From the NCBI GenBank assembly GCA_049472335.1, contig JBLIRO010000008.1, positions 18,085-82,084 of the forward strand: a DNA stretch of 64,000 nucleotides, written 5' to 3'. Both the position numbers and the translations under genes were made by a program. The DNA is from a bacterium. Its GTDB lineage: Bacteria > SZUA-182 > DTGQ01 > JAFGSM01. Below are positions 20,308-30,057 of this stretch, in pieces. How positions within the stretch are numbered: position 1 is the first letter of the stretch; each line of letters starts with the position of its first letter. Under the pieces are notes generated by a model. The model had not been told where the DNA came from. It saw only the letters and a list, made by a program, of their open reading frames with translations, and did no database searches.

Positions 20308-23300
20308 ATGAAGGTTAAGAGATCCATTATATTACTATTTATATTTATTCCCCTTTTTGCATTTTACAGCTTCCAATCGGGGATTGTTTCCACCTCTGAA
20401 GCAATAGCCGCAATAATCAAAGTTCCTCAGGATCAGAGGACTATTCAGGCTGCGATTGATGCTGCTGCTGATAATGATACGGTTATGGTCATGGAGGGAA
20501 GATATACAGGCAGGGGAAATATAAATCTGAATTTCAGGGGCAAAGCCATAACCGTCCGCAGCCGCAATCCGGAAGATAATGCCTGTGTCCGCGCAACCAT
20601 TATCGATACAGAGGGAAGGGGAGTTATTGTTCGCTTTATTAAAGATGAAGGTAATAAAAGTGTGTTTGAGGGTTTTACCCTTGTTTCAGTGTACAATTCT
20701 CTTCCCGGTCGAGGTGTTCCTGGGTATTTTGAATTTTCTGCTCAGGCCCGCCCTACTACAAGGAGGCTTCGCCTGGTAGACGGGCCATCAGATGATTCAG
20801 AGACCTCCGAATCCACCTCTCAGGCTGAATCATATCCAACCGTCCGTAAATCAGCAGCGGAGACTGAACACCTTTCTTCAGACCTTATTAGAAAAAGGGA
20901 TGTAGGTAAGGATAATATCAGTGATCTTGAAAGGACTTTCCCCTGGACATTTGCACGATTGTGGGATGGAAGAAATCCCTTTCATCAACCGGCCCCTGCA
21001 ACCTGTTATTATGGAAGCGGTGATGTTGATGGAGATGGAGAGCTGACGTCCCTGGATGTCTCAGTTGCTCAACAGATGGCCGGCGGCCAGACAGAGCCAT
21101 GTCTCATGGCGGATGTAGACGGAAATGGCCTGGTTAACAATACAGATGTGTCTCTTATCAATGGGGCCGTACATGGTGAAAACCTCCCTGGCTGGTGGGA
21201 TCATTTGACAATGAGAGAGCAGCGCAATGCCTGGGTGGATAAGGTATTGGCAATTGATCAGACAGACAAGCACCCCTATCGATACTGGTTCCAGTGCGGT
21301 AGTTTTGCCGAGCAGCTTTATATACACGGGGCCTTTAAGCGAACCGATCTTTTTTCTACCTATTATGGCGAGGGCCGGACAATCTTTAATATACCCTTAT
21401 ACAGGGTGGACGTTACAGGAGAGTCATACGGCCACGGAATAAACGCTATCCTGGTAGGGGATGATCCCCTGAGTTTCAATGACTGGCGGTTTGTCGAACC
21501 CCAGACCGACAATGATATTTATCCAGGATCATGGAATATGCCTTATAATACAAAGATTAATCTGTGCACATTCAACACATATGGCTATGGATTTTTAAAC
21601 ATGGTGATAGGATTTTATGTGGATGAAAACGGCGGGAGATTAAGAACCTACAGACCAGACATGATTATCGAGCGGCCTTTGCCGTTGCAGAGGGAAGCCG
21701 ATAATCGACCGGATCTCTGGAATCCCCTGATTGTTCCCTATGGAGAGGGTATGATCATTTTTGAAAGGATTCTGGAAGGATTGTCTCCTGTAACAAGTCT
21801 CCATATATCAGACCTGCCCTTTTCCGATCCACCCTCTGCTATCCCCCTGCTGAAGATATCCCAGTACAACCGCTTACTGGATATTACCAAAGGTCCTGAC
21901 GGGACAGTCCATCTTCTCTGGAAGGGCAAAGATGAATATATACCGGGGGTATTTTACGGGAAACTCAATCCTGTGGAAAAAAGAGTGATCCCTGTAACCC
22001 GGGTAAGCTCCGGAACACGTAAGGTATGCATGGGCCGCCTTGTTGTTGCTGACAATGGAGAGGTTCATGTATTCTGGCTTGAAAACAAAGATAATACCAC
22101 TCATATACATGAAAGCGGAATCTATTGGTCCCGAAAGACAGAAAGCGGCTGGGAGGCCGAGCAGAATCTAACCCCTGAGATAAGCAGGATATTTGCCTGG
22201 GAAGATATTGAGAAACGCAACATTCTCCATTATTTTTTTGATGCGGTTTCAGAAGGGAACACCGTAATCCTTGCCTGGGCTGAAAGGGTTCTAACCCCAC
22301 AAGGGGGATTGACCGATGAGGCAAATCTCTTTACTATTTGCTATGACGGGGGATGGAGCTCTCCTCTTCTTATAGAGAAGAGCACGGTTCGGGGAGTGGA
22401 TCTTGTCTCCGATTCCTCAGGCACCCTGTATCTGACTTACTGGCTGGATGACTTGCAATACTCTGTGAGTGATGAGCCGGAAGGAAGGGGTACTTTACAG
22501 TACAGGATATCTTCTGATGGACTGGCCTGGTCTGAGCCGCAGATACTCGATAGCAGCGGGGAAGCCTCATCTCCACGGATGGGTGCGGGAGAGGAAGGTG
22601 TCATGTACTGTATCTGGGAAAAAAATATAGATAATAACATTGTTCCTGTGGTGAAAAAATACACAAATGGTCTCTGGTCCTCAATGTATATACTCGATTA
22701 TTCACCCGGCTTTGAGGCCTGGTACCCGAACGTTGCCCTCCTTTCTGACAACCACCCGGTATTTACATGGTCTCAGCATTCTCCGGACCGTGTAACAATA
22801 AGGACCCTGGAGTCAACCGTTTTTGCTGTATTTATAGCTGATAAAACATCTGGCAATGCTCCCATGACCGTGACCTTTTCTGATTATTCCGGTTTTGACA
22901 TAACCTCCAGGAACTGGGATTTTGGGGATGGGGAAGCAAGCACAGAGGAGAATCCTGTACACCAATATACTATCCCCGGTGTCTATAGCGTTTCACTGAC
23001 CGTAGCCAATAATGTCAGCTCGGATACAAAGACCATCCGGGATTACATTACAGTGAAAGAAACGTCCTTTATCCAGTCTGCTATTGATAATGCCGAGGAT
23101 GGGGAGGTCATAGTTCTGCCTGAAGGAGTCTATTATGAGACTATCAATTTCATGGGCAAGGCCATCACTCTACGAAGCACCAACCCGAATGATCCGGAAG
23201 TGGTAGCGTCTACCATTATAGACGGATATGAAAGCGGCAGTGTTGTTACCTTTAATAAATCTGAAGGAGCCGCCAGTGTCCTTAACGGCATTACCATACA

Positions 23301-24591
23301 AAACGGAAAGGCACGGGGAGGAAGAGAGCATGGCGGCGGAATATATTGTTTCCAATCCTCACCGACTATTACCAACTGTATCATTACCGGAAACTCCGCG
23401 CTCAATAAAAATTCTGTCTTTGGATACGGCATCGGAGGGGGGATATACTGTGGCTTATATTCTTCTCCGACTATCAGCCGCTGTAGCATCACTGGAAACC
23501 GCGCTACTGATACAGGAGGGATCTATTGTGATTATTATTCATCAGTATCAATTACGGATTGCCTTATTTCGGACAACTATGCCTCTAACAGTGGCGGGGG
23601 AGGGACTTTATTAAGTTCCTCATTGTCTGTCAAAAACTGTATTATTCGCAACAATATATCCGAGGATGGCGGTGGTCTGTATTGCCGGAATTCTCCCCAC
23701 ATTACCAATTGCCTTATTTATGGGAATCATGCCTCTTCAAGCGGCGGGATTCATATAAAGTCAAATTCCACTCCCCTGATAATGAACTGTACCATTACAG
23801 GAAATTCCTCAGCTACAGACGGCGGGGGAATGTTTTTCCCTTATCCGGCGCCCTACCCGGTATTCACCAATTGTATAATCTGGGGAAATTTGCCTGATGA
23901 AATAAATGGCAAAATAGCAATTACTTATTCCGATATCCGGGGAGGTTTTGAAGGGGAGGGCAATATCAGCGCAGATCCCCTGTTTGTTGATCCCCTTACA
24001 GGAAATTATGCCCTTCAACCTGATTCACCCTGTATTGATTCGGGAACGGATCAGAATGCCCCGGATGATGATATACAAGACTTTCCCAGACCTTCAGGAA
24101 ATGGATATGATATGGGGGCGTACGAATATGATTCAAGTCCATTTTTTTATAATCTAAAGCTAGATCCGGGTTGGAGTATGATCTCTCTGCCTGTGATACC
24201 GAATGATGCCACAATAGGGATACTCTTCCCGGAAGCAGAGGCAGTATACAGATATAGAGATGAATATATATCCATGAGTGCCGATGAGGCGCTTCAGAAA
24301 GGTGAGGGGTATTGGATCTTTGTCCCGGCGGCATGTGATTGTTCTATCCCCGGTACTCCATTTTATATGTATTCAATTGAGAATGTTCAACCCGGATGGT
24401 CAATGATCGGCTCATGCACCAGCCTGTCTAATGTGTCCGCAGCCGATGGGACCATTAACGCGGTATTCGGATTTGATAAAGGATACTCATTCATCGGTAA
24501 AGGTAATGACATAGGGCCATTATTTCCCGGAGAGGGATATTGGATAAATCTGTCCGGGAAGTCAAATATTACAGTTCAAAGCGGGCAATAA
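20308..24591 (+). CDS. Secreted multidomain protein: dockerin-like, transglutaminase-like, propeller, PKD, right-handed beta-helix, C-terminal GWxMI/GYW domain
   Basis: 'TIQAAIDAA' twice; 'GDVDGDGELTSLD..ADVDGNGLVNNTD'; PKD 'WDFGDG..NPVHQY'; GGGIYC repeats; 'SPCIDSG..DMGAYE'. Confidence 0.85.
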   Translation: MKVKRSIILLFIFIPLFAFYSFQSGIVSTSEAIAAIIKVPQDQRTIQAAIDAAADNDTVMVMEGRYTGRGNINLNFRGKAITVRSRNPEDNACVRATIIDTEGRGVIVRFIKDEGNKSVFEGFTLVSVYNSLPGRGVPGYFEFSAQARPTTRRLRLVDGPSDDSETSESTSQAESYPTVRKSAAETEHLSSDLIRKRDVGKDNISDLERTFPWTFARLWDGRNPFHQPAPATCYYGSGDVDGDGELTSLDVSVAQQMAGGQTEPCLMADVDGNGLVNNTDVSLINGAVHGENLPGWWDHLTMREQRNAWVDKVLAIDQTDKHPYRYWFQCGSFAEQLYIHGAFKRTDLFSTYYGEGRTIFNIPLYRVDVTGESYGHGINAILVGDDPLSFNDWRFVEPQTDNDIYPGSWNMPYNTKINLCTFNTYGYGFLNMVIGFYVDENGGRLRTYRPDMIIERPLPLQREADNRPDLWNPLIVPYGEGMIIFERILEGLSPVTSLHISDLPFSDPPSAIPLLKISQYNRLLDITKGPDGTVHLLWKGKDEYIPGVFYGKLNPVEKRVIPVTRVSSGTRKVCMGRLVVADNGEVHVFWLENKDNTTHIHESGIYWSRKTESGWEAEQNLTPEISRIFAWEDIEKRNILHYFFDAVSEGNTVILAWAERVLTPQGGLTDEANLFTICYDGGWSSPLLIEKSTVRGVDLVSDSSGTLYLTYWLDDLQYSVSDEPEGRGTLQYRISSDGLAWSEPQILDSSGEASSPRMGAGEEGVMYCIWEKNIDNNIVPVVKKYTNGLWSSMYILDYSPGFEAWYPNVALLSDNHPVFTWSQHSPDRVTIRTLESTVFAVFIADKTSGNAPMTVTFSDYSGFDITSRNWDFGDGEASTEENPVHQYTIPGVYSVSLTVANNVSSDTKTIRDYITVKETSFIQSAIDNAEDGEVIVLPEGVYYETINFMGKAITLRSTNPNDPEVVASTIIDGYESGSVVTFNKSEGAASVLNGITIQNGKARGGREHGGGIYCFQSSPTITNCIITGNSALNKNSVFGYGIGGGIYCGLYSSPTISRCSITGNRATDTGGIYCDYYSSVSITDCLISDNYASNSGGGGTLLSSSLSVKNCIIRNNISEDGGGLYCRNSPHITNCLIYGNHASSSGGIHIKSNSTPLIMNCTITGNSSATDGGGMFFPYPAPYPVFTNCIIWGNLPDEINGKIAITYSDIRGGFEGEGNISADPLFVDPLTGNYALQPDSPCIDSGTDQNAPDDDIQDFPRPSGNGYDMGAYEYDSSPFFYNLKLDPGWSMISLPVIPNDATIGILFPEAEAVYRYRDEYISMSADEALQKGEGYWIFVPAACDCSIPGTPFYMYSIENVQPGWSMIGSCTSLSNVSAADGTINAVFGFDKGYSFIGKGNDIGPLFPGEGYWINLSGKSNITVQSGQ

Positions 24592-24646
24592 GCAAATCAA
24601 CGGAAAGTAATGCTGGAATAATTAAAGAGGTTGCCCATTAAATTAA

Positions 24647-24712
24647 GTATTGTCACCCATTAAGCAGTATGTATTTACCGTTCCCAAAATTATTCGCCCT
24701 TATTTTAAGTCT
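24647..24712 (+). mobile_element. Short IS91-family (Y2) transposase remnant
   Basis: Translates 'VLSPIKQYVFTVPKIIRPYFK', resembling the IS91 Q(Y/W)VFT(I/V)PKxxRxYF segment; no intact gene. Confidence 0.55.
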
Positions 24713-25054
24713 TTTAGGAGAGATCTGCCTTCCCATCCTCTGCATTTGATCAATACACAAAAGATGGCGCTTCTGCTCAGAGAGAAGGTCTTTAATGTGC
24801 TTATTCATAAAACTATCTTAAAATTTCAGATCAAATTTTAATGGGTTTTATAAAACCTTGTATAATTGGTACGCTGTTTGTTAATAGAAAATAATAGTAT
24901 ATAATATAAGAGTAGCAATTATCATAATTAGAATTGCTTATACCAAGGATGCCATTTTTCAAGAAATAGGATAAATTATGGATATTGTAAAATAAGTTAA
25001 TGTGATATTGGGTTAATAATAATAAAAATAAATCCTAAACAGGGAGAGCATATT

Positions 25055-26593
25055 ATGCAAAAATTATTGAAAATCCTTTGGACTCTCCTATTGATTTTAT
25101 TTTTACTTCCTCATCCAAGTACAGCAAAAGAAAAAAAAACAACCTCAAGAAGAGAATCACCTTCAAAAAACGATATAACTCCCCAGGCTAATAAAGCACG
25201 CTCTTTTTATGATTTAGGTGTTTTTGCCTATGAGGGTGATAATTATCAAGAGGCTGAAGGCTATCTGAAAGAAGCCGTAAAGATGGATTCCAACAATCCT
25301 TTTTATAATCATTACCTGGGGAAGGTATATCTTAAACTGGAATCTTTTCAGACAGCCAAAGATTATCTCAATAGGGCCTTGAAGATAAATCCGAAAATTC
25401 CGGAGTTGAAATATGATTTGGCTTTTACAAATTATAAGATGGACAATTATCCAATAGCCGCAAATCTTTTTCTGGAAATAATCAAAGAAGATCCCACAAA
25501 CATAATGGCATATTATTATGCCGGGATAAATCTGTATGAACTGAAACAGTATAAAAAGGCATTAAAGTATTTTATCCATGCGGCGCATGAGAGCTCAAGC
25601 ATTAAAACAAACGGTTATTATTATATTGGGATATGTTATATGAAAACGGGAAAAATAAAAGAAGCCATTGAAAAGCTAGAATATGTTGCAAATCATGCCG
25701 CATCGGGACCCCTTAGAGAAAATGCCTTAGAATGGATTAAGGAAGCTAAAATGCAGGATGGCACATCGAAACCTTACAGTATATTTTTAAAAATAGGTTA
25801 TAAATATGACGATAATATCCGATTTGAGGTCGAAGATTTGGATATCCATACGGAAGAAGATGCATATTTTTATTTTTCGGGCTGTTACAATATCTTTAAC
25901 ACGCAAAGCTATCGAATCGATGCAGGATACAGTCACTATCAAACATGGGGATTTGATTCTGATGAGTATGGTCTTACAGGAAGTATTTTGAATCTTTATG
26001 CAGCATACCGTTTTCCTTTATTTACTTTCAGATTCGGGTATCTTCCTTGTTACTATTGGTTGGATTCTGATAGCTACCTGATGCGCCACCAGTTGAGACC
26101 CGAGATTATAAGGAGAATTAATAGGGATCTTATTGCCAGACTCTCATTCAGTTATTATAACAACGAATATTTCCAGTATAACGAGAAGGACGGGCATACC
26201 AATGAGATCTTTTTGGATACCTATTACACCATCCTAAAGGAGAAGGGAAACATTTGCGCAGGAGCGGGTTATGCATATAATGATTCTTCCCATCCGGATT
26301 ATCGTTATAATCAATTGAAAACAAAACTGGGCCTTTCCCTGAAAATTCCCTGGGAACTGAATCTTTGTGTTACAGCGTATTATTATAATAAAGGGTTTTG
26401 TCATGACAATTCCCTGCTTGGGTTTAAACGGGACGATGACAGATATTATGGTTCAATAGCATTTTCCCGAAACATCTTTTATCCATGGCTGGATGTTATT
26501 GCCGGGTTTAGTTACACAAAAAATGATTCCAATATAGACGAGTATGAATACAAAAGGCGAACTGCAAGTCTGTCTTTGGCTGCAAGTTATTAA
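25055..26593 (+). CDS. TPR + outer-membrane beta-barrel protein (SLAM/SlipAM-like)
   Basis: Signal peptide; about 5 TPRs; aromatic alternating beta-strand C-terminal half starting 'IGYKYDDNI'; terminal aromatic 'SLSLAASY'. Confidence 0.75.
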   Translation: MQKLLKILWTLLLILFLLPHPSTAKEKKTTSRRESPSKNDITPQANKARSFYDLGVFAYEGDNYQEAEGYLKEAVKMDSNNPFYNHYLGKVYLKLESFQTAKDYLNRALKINPKIPELKYDLAFTNYKMDNYPIAANLFLEIIKEDPTNIMAYYYAGINLYELKQYKKALKYFIHAAHESSSIKTNGYYYIGICYMKTGKIKEAIEKLEYVANHAASGPLRENALEWIKEAKMQDGTSKPYSIFLKIGYKYDDNIRFEVEDLDIHTEEDAYFYFSGCYNIFNTQSYRIDAGYSHYQTWGFDSDEYGLTGSILNLYAAYRFPLFTFRFGYLPCYYWLDSDSYLMRHQLRPEIIRRINRDLIARLSFSYYNNEYFQYNEKDGHTNEIFLDTYYTILKEKGNICAGAGYAYNDSSHPDYRYNQLKTKLGLSLKIPWELNLCVTAYYYNKGFCHDNSLLGFKRDDDRYYGSIAFSRNIFYPWLDVIAGFSYTKNDSNIDEYEYKRRTASLSLAASY

Positions 26594-26658
26594 GTATTGC
26601 GTAAGCGGCAACAGGTTTATCGCATGTTTTATTTAAGTTGCACAATAGGAGACCAATC

Positions 26659-27621
26659 ATGAAAGCATATAGGATAAAATATATTTTTACATTACATTCC
26701 ATACAGGTTCTTTTAATGATCGGATGTCTTATTGTTTGTAATGATGTGTCTTCTAAGTCTATGCCTTCCAATTATATTAATATTGAAGAGATATGCAGGG
26801 CGAGTGACGGAACACCGCTTTCTGAAGTTCTGTTGGTTAAGGGAAGTGCAGTAATTATACGTGAAAAAATATCGCATAGCTGTTGGGCCCAAAGGGATCT
26901 TTCACTTTTCGAGAAAGACATAATTTCTACCCAGGAGAACAGCCGCCTGAGATTTGGTTATGTTGACGGAAGCTTAGTGACCCTGTCAAGCATGACAGAG
27001 TTAGAGATAACCCGGAACATTTATGACCGGGCTGCTAAAGTGCGTTCATTGTTTTTCAATATGCATTCGGGAAAAGCCCGCTTTTATGTATGCAAACTTG
27101 AGGATTTTGAACTTTCAGAGGCAAAGGTGAAAACCAATACAGCCATTGTTGTGGCCATTGGTTCTGATTTTTTTATTGAAGGGACCGATAAACTCACCAG
27201 GGTAATTGCCCTAAAAGATACCCGATTGGAGATTATAAGCCTGGCTGCACCTGAGATTGAGCCGTCTGTAATTACGGACTTTGAACAAACAATAATAAAT
27301 GAAGGCACCCTCCCCTCTGAACCGGAAAAGGTGCCTCAAAAAGAAATAGAACAGATACTGAAGGAATACCATCTTGAAGAAATGGATAGCGTTCCGCCGG
27401 AGGTAATAAAATGTGAAGACATTTTTTTCACAGAAGATAGACTTGTTGAGCCCGATCTTTTCCTAAAGCCTGGAAAAGAAGGATTGATTAGTGAACAAAT
27501 GGAAGATCCGTGGATTAAAGATAAGGAGATCCCTTTGGAGACATCCGAGGTTGCCGATGAAGCCCTTCAAGATGAAAATGAAGTAGGAGTATATGTGCCT
27601 CAGTTTCCAAGGCATCCTTAG
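26659..27621 (+). CDS. FecR-domain protein
   Basis: AGGAG RBS; 'LFEKDIISTQENSR..DGSLVTL..SGKARF..VKTNTAIVVAIGSDF'; acidic tail. Confidence 0.8.
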   Translation: MKAYRIKYIFTLHSIQVLLMIGCLIVCNDVSSKSMPSNYINIEEICRASDGTPLSEVLLVKGSAVIIREKISHSCWAQRDLSLFEKDIISTQENSRLRFGYVDGSLVTLSSMTELEITRNIYDRAAKVRSLFFNMHSGKARFYVCKLEDFELSEAKVKTNTAIVVAIGSDFFIEGTDKLTRVIALKDTRLEIISLAAPEIEPSVITDFEQTIINEGTLPSEPEKVPQKEIEQILKEYHLEEMDSVPPEVIKCEDIFFTEDRLVEPDLFLKPGKEGLISEQMEDPWIKDKEIPLETSEVADEALQDENEVGVYVPQFPRHP

Positions 27622-27758
27622 AGATAAGACGGTTTAGGAAGATTTGTTTGGGAAAAATTTCCAGGAAAAAATCTTCAAAGAATGTCTATTATAAAAAAAG
27701 CAATTAGTTTTTAGACAAATAAAAATTTTTAAACAAATCAAGAAATAAATAGGTTAAG

Positions 27759-30053
27759 ATGATGAAAAGGAATATCGCAATAGTTATAGTCATTGTTTTA
27801 TTGATATTCGGTGGAAGCGTATTTGAAAATCTCTATGCAGTCGGATTTGAAATAGAACCACTGGAAACACCCTTAGAAACCTCGGAGGGAGGAGATATGG
27901 CAATCTTTTGGGTATCATTGACTAATCCGCCTGACTGCCAGATAAGTTGTTTTGCGCAAGTTAATGTTTCTTCTTCAAATCCTAACGAGGGACAGATTAT
28001 TTCCCCGCCATCCTATAACCTTTTTTTTGACACAAATAACACTCAACAGCAAGTAACGGTTAAAGGCATTAATGACAATTTTCCAGACGGCAACCAGGTC
28101 TATTTTATAAAACTAAGAGGTGTCGGACCCTACCAGGACCTTACCGAAGATGTTTCAATTACCAATATTGATGATGAAGGACCTTACACCCCTCCTCCAG
28201 AAGCATTCTTAGCTGGGAACCTGATCCTGGATGAAGGCCAGGAGGGAACATATTTAGCACAAGAATCATATCCTCCTAATGTGATCGTTAGTTTTCAATG
28301 GGATTGGGAATATGATGGTCTCAACTTTAAGCCTTCTCCGGATACCGATATGAACGAAACCCATATCTGGCTGGATCATGGTAACTATATTGTTGCTGTT
28401 AGGATAACCGATTTTCTGGGATATAGGGATATTGCCACCCTTGAGGTCACAGTCAACGATCTTGGTCCGTTAGCCGATTTTGGTTGGCGGCAAGGAGCTC
28501 CGGAAGAGGGGGATATAGTTAACTTCGAGGATAGCTCCACATCCTATCCGGATAATATTGATGTATACATCTGGGATTTCTCCGGTTTAGGGACAAGTAA
28601 TGCAATGAATCCCGATTTTACCTTTACTAGTGATGGCAACTATACAGTGACATTAATAGTAATCGATGAAGATAACACCGAAGATACAATTTCTAAAGTT
28701 ATTAACGTTGAAGACAAAGATCCGGTGCCGAATTTTAGTGCATCGCCTCTCACAGGGAAAGCCCCACTCACGATAAACTTCACGGATGAATCCTACTCCT
28801 ACGATGGTATAGACACATATTCCTGGGATTTCGGAGATGGCAATACCTCCACAGGAAGCACATCACCTACTTACACCTATAGTGCTGTTGGGACTTACAC
28901 TGTATCATTGACCGTTACAGAGCCTGACGGTGATATGTATACAGCAATAAAGAGTCACTACATCACTGTCAGATGTACTAATAATGATGAATGCCTAACA
29001 GGGGATTATTGCCAAAAGACGATTGGGGATTGTGATGGCCAGGGGGAATGTACAGATCGGCCGACTGCATGCTCAGGGGAATGGGATCCGGTTTGTGGAT
29101 GTGATGGTGAAACCTATCCAAATGCATGCAAAGCAGCAGAAGTTGGTATAAATATTAGCTATATTGGAGAATGCAGGGATATACAGGCATTCAATCTAAA
29201 TATCGATCCCAATAAGATGAAAATAATTTCATTTGTCCACTATCCAGACGATGCTAACGCTTTAAGTGTATTTGGTGATGAAGTACGGCAAAAATATTAT
29301 CAATATGAAGCACTTTTTAAGATAGGCACTTATAACCCGGAAATAGGCGATTATATAGAATACGGGGGAAATCTGATCATTAAACCAGGAAGCGGTTATT
29401 GGTGCTATGCAAGATATGGTCTTAACATTTCTTTTAATGGTGTGCCTATAAACCCAGATGATAATATAAAAGTGGAGCTTCTTTTCGATTCAAATACGAC
29501 GGACGGCTGGAACATGATTGCTTGCCCTCATAATACCAATTACTTATGGGACAATGTGCATGTTTCTGGATGCGATCCAAGTGATCCGAATGCAAAGACC
29601 ATCTCCCAATTGGCAATTGAAAATGATTGTAATTGTATTGATAGGCGGTTGTGGAAATGGAAGAATGAAACCTATGTCTATTATGATCCCGACCCGAACA
29701 GCACATGCGGGAATGAGCCAGAAGGATATGAACGTGATTCAAATCCTTACATGAGGCCTAATGAGGGCTACTGGGTAAAGGTAAAAAAGGAGGATGTTTA
29801 TCTGAGTTTCCCACCTTTGAACATGCCAAGGGTAAAGGAGTCACATCCTGATATCCTTATATCTGATGACATGACATCCCCGGAGGAAAGATCGCCGTCT
29901 GCTCCAAAAAGGCCTACTGCTGCTGCAGTTAGTGATTCACCACCGGCGCCTTTAGGTGGCTTTAGATCTGATGGAGATGGTTTTTTAGAGACAGGAAGCG
30001 GCGGCTGTTTTATTAACAATATACTTTTTGGCCTGCCAAGGCATACCCCTTAG
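27759..30053 (+). CDS. Secreted PKD-repeat protein with Kazal-type domain, divergent GW/GYW domain and C-terminal GGCFI motif
   Basis: PKD 'WDF(S/G)..' repeats; Kazal '[25 protein letters not shown]'; ends '[10 protein letters not shown]..'. Confidence 0.82.
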   Translation: MMKRNIAIVIVIVLLIFGGSVFENLYAVGFEIEPLETPLETSEGGDMAIFWVSLTNPPDCQISCFAQVNVSSSNPNEGQIISPPSYNLFFDTNNTQQQVTVKGINDNFPDGNQVYFIKLRGVGPYQDLTEDVSITNIDDEGPYTPPPEAFLAGNLILDEGQEGTYLAQESYPPNVIVSFQWDWEYDGLNFKPSPDTDMNETHIWLDHGNYIVAVRITDFLGYRDIATLEVTVNDLGPLADFGWRQGAPEEGDIVNFEDSSTSYPDNIDVYIWDFSGLGTSNAMNPDFTFTSDGNYTVTLIVIDEDNTEDTISKVINVEDKDPVPNFSASPLTGKAPLTINFTDESYSYDGIDTYSWDFGDGNTSTGSTSPTYTYSAVGTYTVSLTVTEPDGDMYTAIKSHYITVRCTNNDECLTGDYCQKTIGDCDGQGECTDRPTACSGEWDPVCGCDGETYPNACKAAEVGINISYIGECRDIQAFNLNIDPNKMKIISFVHYPDDANALSVFGDEVRQKYYQYEALFKIGTYNPEIGDYIEYGGNLIIKPGSGYWCYARYGLNISFNGVPINPDDNIKVELLFDSNTTDGWNMIACPHNTNYLWDNVHVSGCDPSDPNAKTISQLAIENDCNCIDRRLWKWKNETYVYYDPDPNSTCGNEPEGYERDSNPYMRPNEGYWVKVKKEDVYLSFPPLNMPRVKESHPDILISDDMTSPEERSPSAPKRPTAAAVSDSPPAPLGGFRSDGDGFLETGSGGCFINNILFGLPRHTP

Positions 30054-30057
30054 AAAC

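Noticed and set aside
30028..30057. Upstream start for the STAND gene
   Set aside because: This TTG start overlaps the previous gene; ATG 30058 is more plausible.
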